Below, in pieces: positions 1 to 14,434 of a stretch of DNA of 64,000 bases. How positions within the stretch are numbered: the stretch's first letter is position 1; each line of letters opens with the position of its first letter. Under the pieces are notes generated by a model that saw nothing but the letters and a program-made list of their open reading frames with translations, made no database searches and was not told where the DNA came from. Position numbers and translations under genes: made by a program. The stretch is from Amoebophrya sp. A120 (taxonomy: Eukaryota; Protista; Dinoflagellata): NCBI GenBank assembly GCA_905178155.1, contig CAJINV010000004.1, positions 7,145,146 to 7,209,145 of the forward strand, read 5' to 3'.

Positions 1-350
1 GACAAAAGTGAAAAGTTCGTCAGAATCTCATCAAGTACATGATAATCACCTCTAAACTCACGACTTCTCTCCGCAGATTCAATTCGACGTCGCTGAAACC
101 TTTTTAGAAAAAAGATTCCGCGACGTTTTCCTTTCGCCTTTAAAAGAAGGTTTGTTTTCAATACAAATGGTTGTTGTACTCTATACCGTATCAAATCGAC
201 AAGTAGAGATGATGGTGATGATGCTCATCTTTCGTCGTGACATAGATAGTCAAAGTGTTGTCTCTCTCATCTCAACATCACCTATCATCTCCCCGTTTAT
301 TCTTTCCAAAGAACCTGCTAAAGCTCTTTTTCAGAAGAAAAACCACCGAT

Positions 351-827
351 TTAATCAGCCTCCTCATCGACGCCGGAAGCAGCCTTCTTGGCCGCGGCCT
401 CCTTGGCCTTGCGGGCGGCGGTGCGCGGGTTCATGACCTGCTTCTTGGCGGACTTGAAGGACTTCAAGATGGCACTGTACTTCTTGGTAGCCGCGCCGAT
501 CAAATCCCGGCGGTAGCCGTTCTTGGTCAACAGCTTCTCGACCATAGCGGAACCCTTCTTCGGGTTCTTGGCGATAGCGGTGTTCAGGGAAGCGGACCCC
601 TTCTTCACGAACATGGAGAGGGTGACGAGTTCCTTCTTCTCACCGGACTTCTTGACGGAAACTCCCGCGGACTTCTTGTTGGCCAAACCGGAGTATTTGA
701 AGCTGTTCAAGCCGGTCAGGTTCTGCGGCTCGGAGGTCATGACCGGGAGCTCCTTCTGCTTCTTGATGAAGCTGGAATTGTTGCGGACCAAAGTCCACAG
801 CAGGTCGGACGGCACTTCGCGGACCAT
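351..827 (-). CDS. RPL28: 60S ribosomal protein L28e
   Basis: MVREVPSDLLWTLVRNNSSFIKK...SEPQNLTGLNSFKYSGLANKK matches the L28e signature. ATG at 827, intronless. Confidence 0.92.
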   Translation of the reverse strand: MVREVPSDLLWTLVRNNSSFIKKQKELPVMTSEPQNLTGLNSFKYSGLANKKSAGVSVKKSGEKKELVTLSMFVKKGSASLNTAIAKNPKKGSAMVEKLLTKNGYRRDLIGAATKKYSAILKSFKSAKKQVMNPRTAARKAKEAAAKKAASGVDEEAD

Positions 828-1276
828 TTTGTTGTTTTTGTGGTGATTTGATATGAAATTTAGGTACAGTACAACCTCGTGATTGTAACAACCTTCTCGA
901 AAGACTAATGTCCCGAGACTAGGTTCCCTGTGATGGTATTGGGGTAGGGAAAAGGAATTGATTTTTGCATAGAATGGCGTAAGAAACAAGGCCACCAATT
1001 CCAACATAGCGGATCTAGATATTGAGCATGATGAGCAAATCTGCCTAAATTTACGCAACGCGCGTGCAAGATCGCGTCCTCAAGAATCCAGATATTCGAT
1101 TTAGATTTCCATTTCGTTCAGCATTTTGGATCCGAAGCATGATCTTTAGATCGTGGTTTTGGACTTGCCAGGCTGGTGAGATCGCAACATAACTTTGCCG
1201 TGGACGCAACATCGTTGGGCTATCAGTTCGATCTACACCCCACTACAGACAGTGCTTTTACTGCACCTGGAAAAAC

Positions 1277-1615
1277 TTGTATCAGAATCTCTTTTCGACT
1301 TTTTCTGTGACAGAAACGTCAAAGAGGATGACCTCTCAGATATCCCTATCTACTAAAATTCACGAGTTTCATCCTGCTTTGCTTAGGATCGCGGACTTTT
1401 TTGTGTCGACGAGCTGCATGCATTTCTCTCGATCCAGGTGGAACTTTTTTTCGATAAGATCGCGATTTTGATCCTAGCAAAACCAAAATTTAGAAACGCG
1501 GATCATGACGTGTACTTGTTCAGAATCTCTTTTCGACATTTTTGTGACAGCGACGTCAGGGAAGGTAATCCTTCTCAGATATCCCTATCTACAAATTCAC
1601 TGGACTCATCCTGCT
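1277..1615. repeat. Two diverged ~100-bp direct repeats (~1277-1377 and ~1517-1615)
   Basis: Shared CAGAATCTCTTTTCGAC...TCTCAGATATCCCTATCTAC...CATCCTGC. Confidence 0.7.
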
Positions 1616-3009
1616 CTTTTTCAAAATTGATCTTCTCTGGAAGTCGATCAAACCTGCCACCGACACTTACAAATTTGTAACCTTATTTTATTACTAAGCT
1701 TCGAAAAACGCGCTAGCCAGCCGACAAAGTCGACTATGGCAGCGTTTGTACAGGTCTCACGGACGGTCTTTCTCTGCGGGTCCACCTCGGATTGAACACT
1801 GTCGAGAGGAGGGGCACGGCATCACAACTTGTGCCGGATCAGGATCTGACGTCGAAATTTCTTGTTTGCAGCTCAGCTCAAAGATTCTCGTCTACCACTC
1901 GTGCCAGACGAGGGAAGAGTTCAAAGTTTGCTCCAGAATAGGTTACATCGCTCTCAACAGAAGTGATGAAATAAAGCGCTAGAAGTAGCCCGATTGTCAA
2001 ACAAAAGCTGCATGTTACAAGAAAGTTCGAAATAACTGCAAGATGATGATGTTAGTATTATTGTCCCAAAAGCGCTTTGAAGAATAGACTGTCAGCCCGA
2101 AATTACAAACAAGTTTTGCAATAATCACCGTGGGGCTCCTCTGGTGCGGCGGTAGAAATAGCACGTATTGCATATTTAGAAATTTTGTAAACAAGAAAGG
2201 TTATACAGAGTGGTTTTTGAAACGACGAGCAGCTAGAGGAATTAAGCGCGGCTACTCAGGTGGTTAGCCCTTAGCCATCTTGTTATCATACAGTTGTGCG
2301 ACGTCCTCTGAGGAGGAACAGAAAGCTCTTAGCTGCTGCATGGCGCAGATTTAGAAATTTTTCAAGAAGGAAAAGTCTGACATTTAGAAACCGAATCCGA
2401 AATAAGTAGCTGAATCTTACAACTTAAAATTCTGATATAGTGTTCTGATTTTCCTATAAAGTGTTTTCCGATAGTCTGGTCTGATTTAGATTCTGGTTCG
2501 ATTTAGATTTCATTTTCACAAATAGTAAACTCGATAGAAGACGACCTTATGATAGAAGGTTGTAAAACAATATATACCCTGACAGGAGTGATTCTGTTTG
2601 CTGTTTATCCTGAAAGAATACCCTGATTTTCAAATTACAAGTTAGGCGCGTGGTGGTCTGATTGGTGTCTGATTTTTCAACAAATGTGGTTCATTTAAAA
2701 GTTTGGCATTTTAGTGTACTTTCGCGTTTTGAATTTGATGACAGAAGGAGACGATTTGTTACAGGTCGACGTGTACTATTTTCCGCTGCAGCACTAAATT
2801 TGTACATCGGAGGGACAGAGCTGCTACAGAAGTAGTAGAGAAAGGAAGCCCGAATCTTCATACACGGTTTTTAATATTAGAGCACGTAGTAGAGTTTTAA
2901 AAGTTGCTACTAGGTAGAAGGAGTTCTTGCCGAACTAGCCCTTTGTTTGCTGCAAAATTTAGAATTTAGATATGAGGAGTTCTTGGCTGGATGTTCAGCT
3001 CTTGTTCAC

Positions 3010-6000
3010 TCACGCTTCCTCCTCCTTCTCAAACTCCTCCGCGTACTCTTCTTCCGCAGCAGCAGCTGCTGGCGCTTCCTCCGCCGCCGGAGCAGCAGCA
3101 GCCTCCTCCTCGGCAGGAGCGGGTGCAGCAGCAGCCTCTTCTTCCGCCGCCGGAGCAGCTTCCACTTCCGCTGCAGCCGGAGCTTCTTCCGCGGCTGGGG
3201 TGGCTTCCGCTTCTGCCACCGCATCTTCCGCCGCTGGTGCGGGAGCCTCCTCTGCAGCTTCCGCAGCCGGAGAGGCCACTTCCTCCTCCGCAGCTGCTGG
3301 CGCTTCTTCTTCGGCGGCAGCAGCCGGTTCTTCTGCAGCCGCAACTGGCTCCTCCACCGCTGGCTCTGCTTCCGCGGCTGCCGGCTCTACTTCCGCAGCG
3401 GCCACTGCCTCGTCAGCCGCAGCCGGCGCCTCCTCCTCCGCCGCTGGCGTTATTTCCTCCGCAGCAGCCGGTGTTGCCTCCTCCTCTTCGGCTTGTACTT
3501 CCACAGCTTCCTCTTCTGCAGCCGGCTCGACCGGAGCCGCAGGAGCATCTTCTGCTGCTGGAGCTACTTCTACTTCGGCCGCGGCTGGGACTACTTCTTC
3601 TCCCTCCGCAGCAGGAGCACCAGCGTTCACCGGTTCTACTACTTCCTCCCCAGCACGACCAGCAACTTCTGCCTCCTCGACCACCGCAGCAGAAGTTGTC
3701 AAATCGATTTCCACGGGACCCGTCTCTTCCTTCTCGAAGTCATCCTCTGCGTATTCGTCGACCTCTTCTTTTTTCTCACTCTCATCTGCAGTTGGCAGTA
3801 AGTGCGCGAAGGGGTTGTCCTCCTTCTCCTCTTCCACCGTCTTCAGATTGTCGTCCTCCACCTTCTCGTACACCTGCGACTTTGCCCGGCCGAACGCCGC
3901 CCCGCGCTTCGGTTTCGCGGAAGGAGCGCTAGACTGCGGCTCGGGATCCGAGTTCACCTTGGAGGTGGAAGGAGCAAATCCGACCTTACTCGATTTCCTC
4001 CCTCCGGCTTTGTCCTCGTCACTGCTTGTCGGTGGGAGGTCGTCAAACGGGGATTTGTTCTTTTTCAGATCTTCATTCGCGGCTTTTAATTTCGCCGCGA
4101 TCTCCTGCTCCTCATCGACGTCTTGTCGGAGGGCGGCGTCCAGGTCGACCGTCTTTTCACTGTCAAATCGGCTGTGGGACATGGACATGGACCGCTTGTT
4201 CCGCATCGCCGGTCGCCCGTCGAGAACAGACATCGTCTGGGATTTGGAAACCTGAGATAGAATGTTTTTTACGTTGGTTTAGATGCAAAAACAACTTCTT
4301 CCTTGTATCGATGAAGCATCAGAACAGAAACACAAGCAGGTGCAATGTTGTCACGACTTCCCGGTACGTAGGATCATGTTCACACAGCTAGGTAAGGACG
4401 CATGCATGACACCCTCGCATCGGAAACGAAATTCAAATAAACAGCACTTCAAATCTATCCTCTACCCTTTTCTTGATTGTCTCCGTCTCCGTGTGGTCGA
4501 ACATGGCCGCGTCCATGGTTTTCCTTCTTCGCAACAACTCCTTCTGCGCCCCCTTGGTCTGGTGCAGTTCGGCGGTGCCGTGGACTAACAACGCAGCGGA
4601 TTTCGCCGCCTCCACCGATCCATACCACTGGATTTTGTACTGGTTCTTGTCCAACTCCACCATCAACACGTCGAGATCTTCCAAAATCAGTCGCTGCCTG
4701 CCCGGCTCCTTGATCAGTTCCTTGTAGAAGAACTTCTTCAAGTTCGTCTTCCGGGCGAATTTGCTCCCCCCGTCCTTTTCTGATACAAACCCGATTTCCT
4801 TGCAGATCCCCTGGAAATCCTCGTAGTCGACATCCGTTTTCCTTTTATTCTGGTTCTCCTTGATCCACGCGAGCATACCGCCCCACGCCATGACCACGCA
4901 GCCCTTCCACTCGAGAAGTGCGTTTTTGAAGGAGAACACGTCGTCCCGGAGAGCCGGTTCGAACGCGGCGAGGCCGAGGAACCCGCGCTCGAGGCCGCCG
5001 AGGGCCTCCCAGAGGTTTTTGATGTTTCCGGTGTAACCGAAGGTACGGGCCGCCATGATAAACTCGTTGTAGGAAAGACGACCTTGTTTCGTGGTGAAGA
5101 GGAAATAAATTTTAGATTCAGTGACATTTTTCAATTCTCAAACCTCTCCATCAAATCGATCATGCAATTTTCCATAATGCTCATTATGCTCATACAACAC
5201 GATGAAAACACACACAATATGCTTTCTCGCATCTTCAGAACCGACATTCAGGTCCGACTACTCGCATGACGGGGGCTGGTGCACCGAAAAAAAGTAGCAC
5301 TAATACTAAACGAACGCCATTGCCCAAAATAAACGAAAACCTCAAACTCTTATCCTTATGAAAATACCATTTCCGTCCGTATCCAACCCTTCTCGCCACG
5401 CGCGCAGCACCGATCCGTACCTGTGGATGATCATCTTTTTGAACCCATCCACCGATTTTCCGATGATCGCCTGCATTTTCTTCTCGTATTCTTCCTTCTC
5501 CTTGGCCATGTCCGCCATGGCGGTTTGCGCGCGAGAAGACCCGAACGCGTGCAGTTTGTTCCAGTTCTTCGCGCGCTCGTGCGAGCCGTACCACTCGTTT
5601 TCGTAGGTTTTCTTGTCTAATTCGATCATCAAGATTTTCAAATCCGACAAAATCAGCGCTTTCCGGTGGTTGTCGGCGATCAACTGCTTGTTGAAAAACT
5701 TGAACCCGTCCTGCGACTTGGCTTCAAATATAACCCGCTCAGGTGTTACAATCTCAAGCGTTACAATAGAATATGGAAATCTGTGATGCAAGATGGCATG
5801 ATCTAGCCAAGTCTCATGGGATTGCGCATGACAAGTTCGGGAGCCCTAAACCCACCGAAAATCTGGCGAAATTTGTATTGCAAAAGGTGGAACGTTGTGC
5901 GAGTCCATCATGCTCATCATGCAACACAAATTCCAGATTCTATTGTGACGTTTGAGATGGTAACTGATTTGAGCAAGTCATATCAAACCCGATGATCTTC

Positions 6001-9000
6001 GAGACCTCCTGGAACTCGCCCCAGTCAATCTCCTCGTTCTTCGTTTGTCCGGGCTGGAGGTCCAGCATCGCGGACCAGGCGTCGACGATGGTGCCGTACT
6101 TGGTCAGGAGGCACTTTTTCAGCTCCATCAGATCGTCTTTGAGCGGCTTGTCGAGGTGTTGCATGCCGAGGAAGCCCGCCTCTTCACCACCCAGAACAAC
6201 CCACAGGGTCTTCATGTTGCCGGCGTAACTGTTTTTTTTGGAGGGTTTTTGGAAGATTTTTGTGTTTCGTCCTGCTTGTGCTTTCGCATAATGATAATTG
6301 GTTTCCACTATATAAGCTGTTGGTTTCCAACCATACTGATCTGGCTGTCGAACAACAACAGACATACAAACACAATGTCCCTTTTCTGGCCAGAAAAGTA
6401 TGAATCTGGAAAGAATTGTGCAACGCCAGTGTGCGCGCTCTGACAGAATACTGCCATATCGAGCCCGCATAGCGAGGTAGTTGCCTACTTTCGTTTACCA
6501 CAGATTAATTACGGATTCTCGCACAAAAAAAGCGAGCGCCCGGCCTATTCTGTGGAGAATTTTTAACACTAACAGTACAGGAAATGAGAAGTGCAACTAC
6601 GACGTGTTGGATCTTTGCCTTTGATTTTTCTCCGAGGAATAGGTGCTCTACAACTTCACAAGGATCTCGTGGCCGCGTGCGACTGTGAAACGTACTGCTT
6701 CACAGCTGGTACTAGACATCGCGTGTGTAGAAAGATCCTCGTGTCGTAGACACTTGCTTCCAGTACTTGGTAACCGGCACAATCTGAACCTCGCGATGAA
6801 TCGGAGGACTAAGAAGCGACCGCAAAACCAAAAGCTAGTACTAGCACATCTACATCATCTTCAAAAACAAAGCTCTATCTAACTATACCCTAATGTCCTC
6901 GCCGCCTGCATGAATTCGTTAAAGGACAGCCTTCCGTTGCCATCACTATCTAACCCGAACCGCCAGGCCCGGGCCATGCTGCCGTGCCGGCGCACGATCT
7001 GCTGCTTAAAGCCCTCTTCGGATTTCGCGGCGACGATCTGCGCCTTCTTGGCCCGCTCCTCCTGCACCAGCGCTTCCCGCTTCTGCAGACCCATAAACTG
7101 CGAGATGCGGTTGGAAAAGCTCATGGACTGTCGCTCCTGGAAGGTCATTCTCGACTTTTCCGCGGAGGTAATCTTCGGCGCCAGGATCATCTCGTGGTGG
7201 CCGGACAGGTAGTTTTTCATCAGGAATGGATCCAAGTCGCCCATGGTCAGGTACTGCCGACCCTGCTCGAGCAGAAAAGTGTAGAACAGCTGCTTGGTGT
7301 CACCGGTGTACCTGATAGAAAGGATAAAGGATTCGAGGTGTTCATGAGGATCACTGAGTGATGTAGATGTGAGGTTGTAGAAGATGCATGAGAAAAAAGT
7401 TCTTGGATCGCCAAATGTGCAACACAAATTCCCATAGAACAACAAGCTGTACCCCAGCTCCTTGGCTTTCCTCTTGAACTCTTCGAGTTCTAACCGGCCG
7501 GAGCGATCCTCATCGAGCCCTTTCTTCCAGGCGTCCACTAGGTTTCCGTATTTCTCGTTACAAAGACCCAGGAAGGTGTCGATGCGGGTTTGTGCCTTAA
7601 AGGGGAATCATTTTTTCGGTGTCAAAAGGCTGTATATGATTGAGTGGGTGTGTGGAATACACACCTATTAGTTACACATGCTGTTCCACCAACTTGACAA
7701 TTTCATTGCGTATGCGCGCACGACAACAAAGGCAAAGCATCAGTTCGTGTTGCACAAAACCAACAAAAAAAATCCTTTGTACATCCGGGTCCAGCTCTCC
7801 GAGCGAAATGTTCGCCGATTTGTCTTCATCGAGGGTTTTAAACAAAAGCGAGATGTTCCCTGTGTAACCCAAGGCTCGCGCTGCGTTGCAGAACTCGACA
7901 AAAGCGAGCTTGTTGCCCTCGTTCGTAACTTCACTGCACATCCCAGCGCGCCACCCGCGGGCGACACTGCCGTATTTTCTTCGCAGCATCTCCTTAAAAC
8001 TACGCACGTCCTGGGGCCCGAGATCTTCACCCGTGTCGATGTAGGACGCCCGCTTGCGGAGCATGGCTGTTTTTTATTGAGTTTAAACTTCTTGCTGGAC
8101 GAGGGAAGAATTGCTGATATCATGCGTACACTATGGAGAAACTGGAACTGCCCCGATGCACGAGACACAATCATCTTCTGAACCGCAATTTAATGATCAT
8201 CATGTACACACACTGACACACAGGTCGTGTTCTTCTTCTTACAGTAGTAAGTTCTCGTTTTACTCAACATAAAAATTCCAATACAGAATTTCCTTTGCGC
8301 CAGCAGCTTGGCCCTTTTCAGCTGATTTCTGATTGTCTCCTGCTGCCTCTCTTCAAAGGACATCTCCATCGGGCCCTTCCGTGGGCTGGTATATCAAAAG
8401 GAAAAATCCCCCCTCCCCATATCAAAAGGAGGTTTCTGATGCTGGATTTGCGTACACAAATCAGCTTTGCATTGCAGAGCGGCACTGCGAGCAGATCTCC
8501 AGGCTGAGTAGGGGCGTAAGTGTCTAGCTGCTCAGCATGGCAAACGGCTAACCTTTAGGCCCAACAGCATGACAAATCGCCTCCATAACGGGGCGGAAGC
8601 TCCTGCCCTTGTCTTCTTGCAAGACAGTTGTGATTTGTGACCTCAAATCTGCAACACAAATTTTCGAAGTCATACCTTTTCAATATGGGGAGGGGGGATT
8701 TTTCCTTTTAATATGGTAGCCGGGGAATTTTCCGGACTCTCCTCCGCCACCTGGTCTTTACTCGGATCCAGCAATATCCTATGCAAAAACGTCCCCGCCC
8801 CATAGTGAAGATGGGGGATTGGCTAGACAAATCCACAAGTTTTGGGTGTCTTGCATGACAAATTTGGACTCGTAGCGTAGTGCTGTTTGAGCTAGCTCTG
8901 CAGCATTACAGACTCAGTATATCCTGCTGATTGGAGCATGACAAATTGCAAAGCACGATTGAAAAATGCTTCTCATGGGGCTCCGCATGAGAAACAATTT

Positions 9001-12000
9001 CAGCATGCAGATTTACAATACAATTATGGTGTGGGGACGTTTTTACATAGGATAAGCAAACCGCGGTAGTCGTCCAACCGCATGGCGGCGCCGACCTTGC
9101 TGTCGAAATCGTCCACCTGCATGAAATTCCGGTCTTCCAGAAGCAGCATTTTGAACATCTTTTCCGGCTCCATGTCCGTGTATCCGAGTTCCTTGCACTT
9201 CTGATTCCACTCGTGCAGTTCCACCCGCCCCGACTGGTTCAGGTCAAAGTGACAGATCCACGCCTCGAGGAGGGAGCCTGTGGGTTTATTTGGAGAATAA
9301 AGTTGTAGTCCTCCATGCGTTCTTTTGGATGTTGTCATGCGAAATAACTCCATTTGAAGGAAAAGGGACAAATGGAAAACTTGCTGTTGCAACCCAGAAT
9401 CTGAATCATACCACCAGCGAACTACAAACAGACATGTTTTTCGATAAAACAGGATATTGTTCTCCGCACCTTTTTTCTCGATGCAGCATCTGCGGAAATT
9501 GACGATAGCGTTAAATGTGGGCTCGTCGAGTTCTTTCAGGTATCAAATGCAAAAGTGCCTGGGTCTCGAAGATTCTGAGACTTGTCATGCACATTTTGCA
9601 TGAACCACGATGTCTGTGATGCATGCCCTAGCATCCCAGGTTTTTTGAGGGATTCTCAATGCCTAATCCGCATGATAGATGCCCTCTCCGCGTAGCAAAA
9701 AACAGACTCCTTTTGCTGCTCATGCAACACAAATTTTTTAGACATCCAAATGCAGCATCACAATTTACATTGTTCCAGACCAAGACATATTTGCATTTGA
9801 TATCAGGGAGATAACACCACTTCTATCGTCGTCCATCTCCAGGAAGGTTCCTTTCACGTTACCTGGAGAAGTTGTTCGCTTTGTATGTTCGAAGAGATGA
9901 TTGAGAGACGAACGGGCGTATGTGTAAGTTGTACCTGGTCCGTGCCTCATGCTCATCATCTTTCGCACAAACACAAATTTTTCCCAAACTCTGTTTTTCA
10001 TCGGATGACGGAAAAATGCAACAGCAATGAAAATCAAATCCCTCAGTACCATGAAACCCGCATTCTCTGCAAGCGGCGCAGAACTCTGTGAACGACAACT
10101 TCTTCGTTGCGTCGCAGCCCAAACCCTTTCTCCAAGCGCGCCACAAGTTGCCGTATTTTCGCTTCAGCAAGGCCTTAAAGTCGTGCACTGTGTAGGCCGA
10201 CATAGTCTTCACCAAGTGCCGACCCTGCTCGTGCGCCAGCTCCTCGCGGGCACGGACGGTCTGTTGATTTGATTTTTTGTTAATCAGAACATTTTATCAT
10301 TTGTCTTGCGCGATTGACAGCGTCACGCAGAAGTAAAATTTCCACGCGGAAGTCAGAAAAACAAAAACAACCTTACTATACCATGAGCCTTCTGTAGTCC
10401 GCCGACGTTTCCGTCAATGCGAGCATTTGGTCGTCCCCTCGGCGCAGCGCCAGCGCTGCCACGGGGTCAAACTCGTCGATCGACAAAGTTTTTTTGAAAG
10501 GCGCAAGCAAGAAGGGCCACACCTGCTCCGGGTCCCCCTGGTACTGCAACTTCTTGATGCGGGTGACAAACTGGTGTTTTTCCACTTGTTGCGTGTTGTG
10601 CGGGTCCAGGACGCGCCAGGCGGCGAGCGTGTTCTTCGCCAGATTTGCGATGCTGTGAGATGCAGATGGATCGATTCGGCGAAGATCGATGTGTTGTTTT
10701 ATGGTGCGTTTATTTGATGTTAAGTGTTACAACATCTCGACCAGCAGCACATCAGCGACAAATTCAGCTTCACTTACAATCAAGTAGGTCAGTTCTACCA
10801 CAACCGCTAGGGTCTTTAAATGCGTTCAGGATCTTAAATATTTTTTTTCATACATGGGATCCGCCCAAAGCGCCGCGCCTCCGACCGGGGTCGCCACGTT
10901 GGCCGCACAGCCCGCCGCCATGATCTGAGCCAGGGTCTTGCCGCTTTTCAAATTTAACACCGAGAACGCCGCATCTTTTTCGAAAATGCGACTGCACTCT
11001 TAGCCTGGGGCCCCTACCTTGTGGCCCGAACACCTGGACCACCAGCGGCCAGGCCCCGAGACTTCCGGCCGCCGCGGGAGCGGCGGCCGCGCGCCCACGA
11101 CCGCTCGCGCCGCTCGGAATTCCGGCCTGGCGCCGCCCGCGCCGCTCGGGGCGCTTCCGGCCGCTCGGGCCCTTGCCGGCGCTCCGGGCCGCTGCCGGGA
11201 GCGGGACGGGCTCGAGCGGCGCAGCGAGCGGCCCGGGCGGCTGCGCCGCTCGGACCGCCCGGGCCGCTCGCGCCTCTTCGCTGCGTTCGCGGCGCCCCGG
11301 TGCGCTCGGTGGAGCGGAAGGCTTCCAGGGGCGCGAGCGGCACCGCCCTGCGCCCCGGCGCGGGGGCGGCCGAGCGGCCCGGACGGCTGCGCGACGGCTT
11401 CGGTCGCGCGACAGTTTTTTTTTTTTTGCTGCTACACATTAATTTGAAAAAACGAACGCGATTTTCTTCGATCTCGCTCTCCTGCCATTTTGCGAATCCG
11501 AAAAAACGAACCGACGAGCGCGCGCGCCCCACCATCTTTGTCCCCCATGTGAGCCAGACTAGAATGATCTTGCGTCACTGGAATGCGGTTAGCCATGCAA
11601 AACCAAATGTAAGCTTTCATTTTGCGAACGCATTTAAAGCGCCGAGCGGTTGTGGTAAACTGACCTACATAATTACAAGAATCAGACAACCAATCGAAAA
11701 AAAATCCTTTTTACTCCTCGTAAAACTGCTTCAGAGTTTGCGCTGCCATGGGGTGGACCTCTTCCAGGTGCACGGTTCCGACCTGTTTCGTGTCCAGTTC
11801 TGCCCAAATTGACTTGATATCTCCACCAATTCCGTGCTGCCGGCAGGCGTTACAGAACTCGTTGAAGTGCAGGGCGCCACCGTAGCTGAAGCCGTACCGC
11901 CAGCCCGCGCAGACCGACCCAAACTTTTGCCGCAGCATGGTTCGGAACGCCTTCTTGTGTTCGGTGGAGGTCACGGGGGACTGTGACCTCCTGCGCGTTG

Positions 12001-13548
12001 GCGTTGGGGCACGGGACGCTTGCGGCGACCCCGGGGGCGGAGAACGCGCTTCGGCGACCTGGGTGATGAAACACACAAAATTCTTTCATGATTTTTATTT
12101 GGCAAACTGGTATGTACGTAAATGCAAACCGATTCTGTACTAGTACGTGTGAGTACTTTTGAAAGAAAGAAATCGAAGTGAAAAATGCAAAGCATTCAGC
12201 ATTTTCATCATTCAACAAAGGCTCAAAAATTTTTCATACCAGTTCCCGCGTCAACTTGCCCATTTCCAGCTTCCTTCTTGCGGAGAACGTGACGTGGTTT
12301 AGGGTAGAGTTTTCCCGCCTTGACTGCAGGTGCACGCTGGGGTCCTGGTAGTAGGTAAACGGACTCTTGTTGACGGCCCCCACGGAGGGTGACCGGTCGT
12401 AGGACTGGTGCACAAAACCCTCTGCCCCCATGACCGTGTGGTTATTGTTGTTTGTGCCCATGATCTTGCCCACGTTTACCAACTTCGGGAGAACGGGCAT
12501 ACTGTGCGAGAAGGGGTCGGACCTGATGAAGGAAGGAAAGATTCATAAAAACCGTAAGTAAGATAAGAAAATTTTTTTTCCATGGCATGCGCCAATGACA
12601 GAGAAACACATCAGAATTATCAGTCACCAAGGTTGAGATTTTTCCTCCTCGTTCTTCCTTACGAATGCAAAAGTAAAATTGTGGTCATGGTGAAAGTCAC
12701 ACCAAAATATTCAATTCAGTACGTCTTTGTCGCCGGGACGCTTCCGACGGACTCATCCGGGTAGGGGTGGATGCTAAAGGGGCTGGCCGCCGCTTGTCGA
12801 TGCGAGGAAGCGTAGCCCGATGGGGAATAACTGTTGTCGGACATTCGGCTTCTGCTTTGACTCCGGTGGTTCTGCGACCTTGTGTGCCTCAGGTTCGCCG
12901 CACGGCCCCGGGCTTTGTGGTACTTGTCCAGGGAACCGGGCCGTTTCACAGGTCGCGGCTTCTAATGTGTGGGTTATTGGAAAATCTAAATTTGATCTCT
13001 ATGTGAAAAAAGTGTTGTGGCTAGGTTTGATGTGCCTCAAAATCAAATGGCCATCAAAGGAGGGATTGCTTCTAAGACTAAGGCTAAGCAGGGGTTCTGT
13101 CGTGATGATTGAGGCTGAAAACGCAGAATACAATAGATTTCTGTACTGAAGTGAACTGCAGCAGAACAATAGTGCTTTGTTCTAAACAAGAGCTGGTTGA
13201 CATCACGATGCTGCTGGTGGCAACACCCAAGGTTTTATGGAACGAAAGACCGACTCAGACTATCCCAGGGTAACTGCCCAGTTGGCGCGTCAGTACTTGC
13301 AAGCCACAATCGCAATGCAAGTCTCTGTCTAAGTGTAAGTTCCAGAATAACAGCTCGTCTAGGTCTTAAATTTTAATTTTGGAATTCACATACCAGAGAT
13401 GAACAAACAAACAAAACTTCCATACCCCCATGTATTGGCTTTCCACATCCCGTATCATCCTGAGCCTCTTGTATGCTCCCTCGTTTTTCAGAAGCTGCTG
13501 GAACTGCCGCTCATGCAGCGCCCGGTAGTGCATACTCGAGCTCGACAT
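3010..13548 (-). CDS. Large multi-exon EF-hand repeat protein with Ala/Glu/Pro-rich acidic tail
   Basis: Recurring exonic motifs RAWRxGLDxDGNGRLSFNEF, LDEDRSGRLELEEF, LDEDKSANISLGEL. Canonical introns traced (4252-4465, 5083-5367). First exon 13548 MSSSSM...YMG splices in frame to KPRPVKR. Last exon 3010-4251. Interior boundaries only partly resolved. Confidence 0.75.
5729..5982. mobile_element. Introner-like TIR element (non-canonical intron)
   Basis: TATAACC...GTCATA, ~65-bp imperfect IR, TSD TCAAA. Removal gives IIGF-EAKSQ. Confidence 0.8.
8392..8713. mobile_element. Introner-like TIR element, family G-like
   Basis: TATCAAAAGGAAAAATCCCC...GGGGATTTTTCCTTTTAATA, TSD TGGTA. Confidence 0.85.
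8775..9054. mobile_element. Introner-like TIR element, family D
   Basis: TATCCTATGCAAAAACGTCCCC...GGGGACGTTTTTACATAGGATA, TSD AGCAA, 280 bp. Confidence 0.88.
9541..9802. mobile_element. Introner-like TIR element, family A
   Basis: TATCAAATGCAAAA...TTTGCATTTGATA, TSD TCAGG. Confidence 0.88.
10850..11555. mobile_element. GC-rich insertion inside an intron of the EF-hand gene
   Basis: Abrupt shift to very high GC, no credible ORF, weak terminal IR ACATGGG/CCCATGT. Ends approximate. Confidence 0.45.
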
Positions 13549-14434
13549 GTTTTGTTTTCCTTTGCAGACCGTACTATAAGTGCCTAGTGTACTAAATCAA
13601 TACCCACAAAAAACAACAAAAGCACGACCTAGTAGCAGTTGTAGAAGACGAGGGGAAAAATGATCGAATAGTTGATGAAGTGGAGCTTTATCTTTTTACG
13701 CACTTCTTGCACTAACACGACCTCACCGAACGGAGGTGCGTTTGTTGCTGTGCTCCTTCTAGCTTGCTGTGGTAAAAGCATGGATAACGTCGATTTTGTG
13801 TTGGTGTTTTTCTTTTGACTATACAAGCCTAGTATTCTTTCACACGAAGCTCACGATTATGGTGGTACAGTACTAATTATTGGCGTTGGCCCACACCCAC
13901 ACGTCGACGAAAAATAATAGGGATAGGCTTTTTTGCTTCTTATTTCTTCCTCTACTCCGACGTAGCTTCGACGAACGATGAGCACGTATAAAATTTTTCG
14001 CACGAAGGACAACCAGCACGAAATAACAGCACAAATTATACGTTTGAGTTTGTCTTTTCAGGACGAGAGACGAGGAAAAGAGCCGCTTGCCAAGGAAGGC
14101 GACGATCACGCTCAAGTAGTGAAAGTAATACCAAAGGAGCCGTCATTTCAATCGGTCGTGCGTTTTTGTGTCAGTGTATAGCGTTTTTATTATACAACCA
14201 ATTACACAGCGACAGCTGCAACAGTCTCACGCTCACGGACGAAGAACAACACCCATGTGCGGAGAACACTACTTATTCACGTTTACTTCTCAGCGACGAC
14301 AACGAGTTGCGACTGTGGGCGCCACGCTCAATAAAGGTGACTTCTTTCGTCGTGCGCATGATACTCCGAGGAGTCCCCTCTCTTTGTTTGTCGCCAGTTA
14401 CATGAAATGGGGTCCAGAGGAGCAGCGCGAACAG

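Noticed and set aside
828-1058. N-terminal extension of RPL28
   Set aside because: Non-ATG start and no similarity. L28e homology begins at ATG 827.
2947-4255. Long plus-strand ORFs (284-427 aa)
   Set aside because: Antisense shadows of the Ala/Glu/Pro repeat exon.
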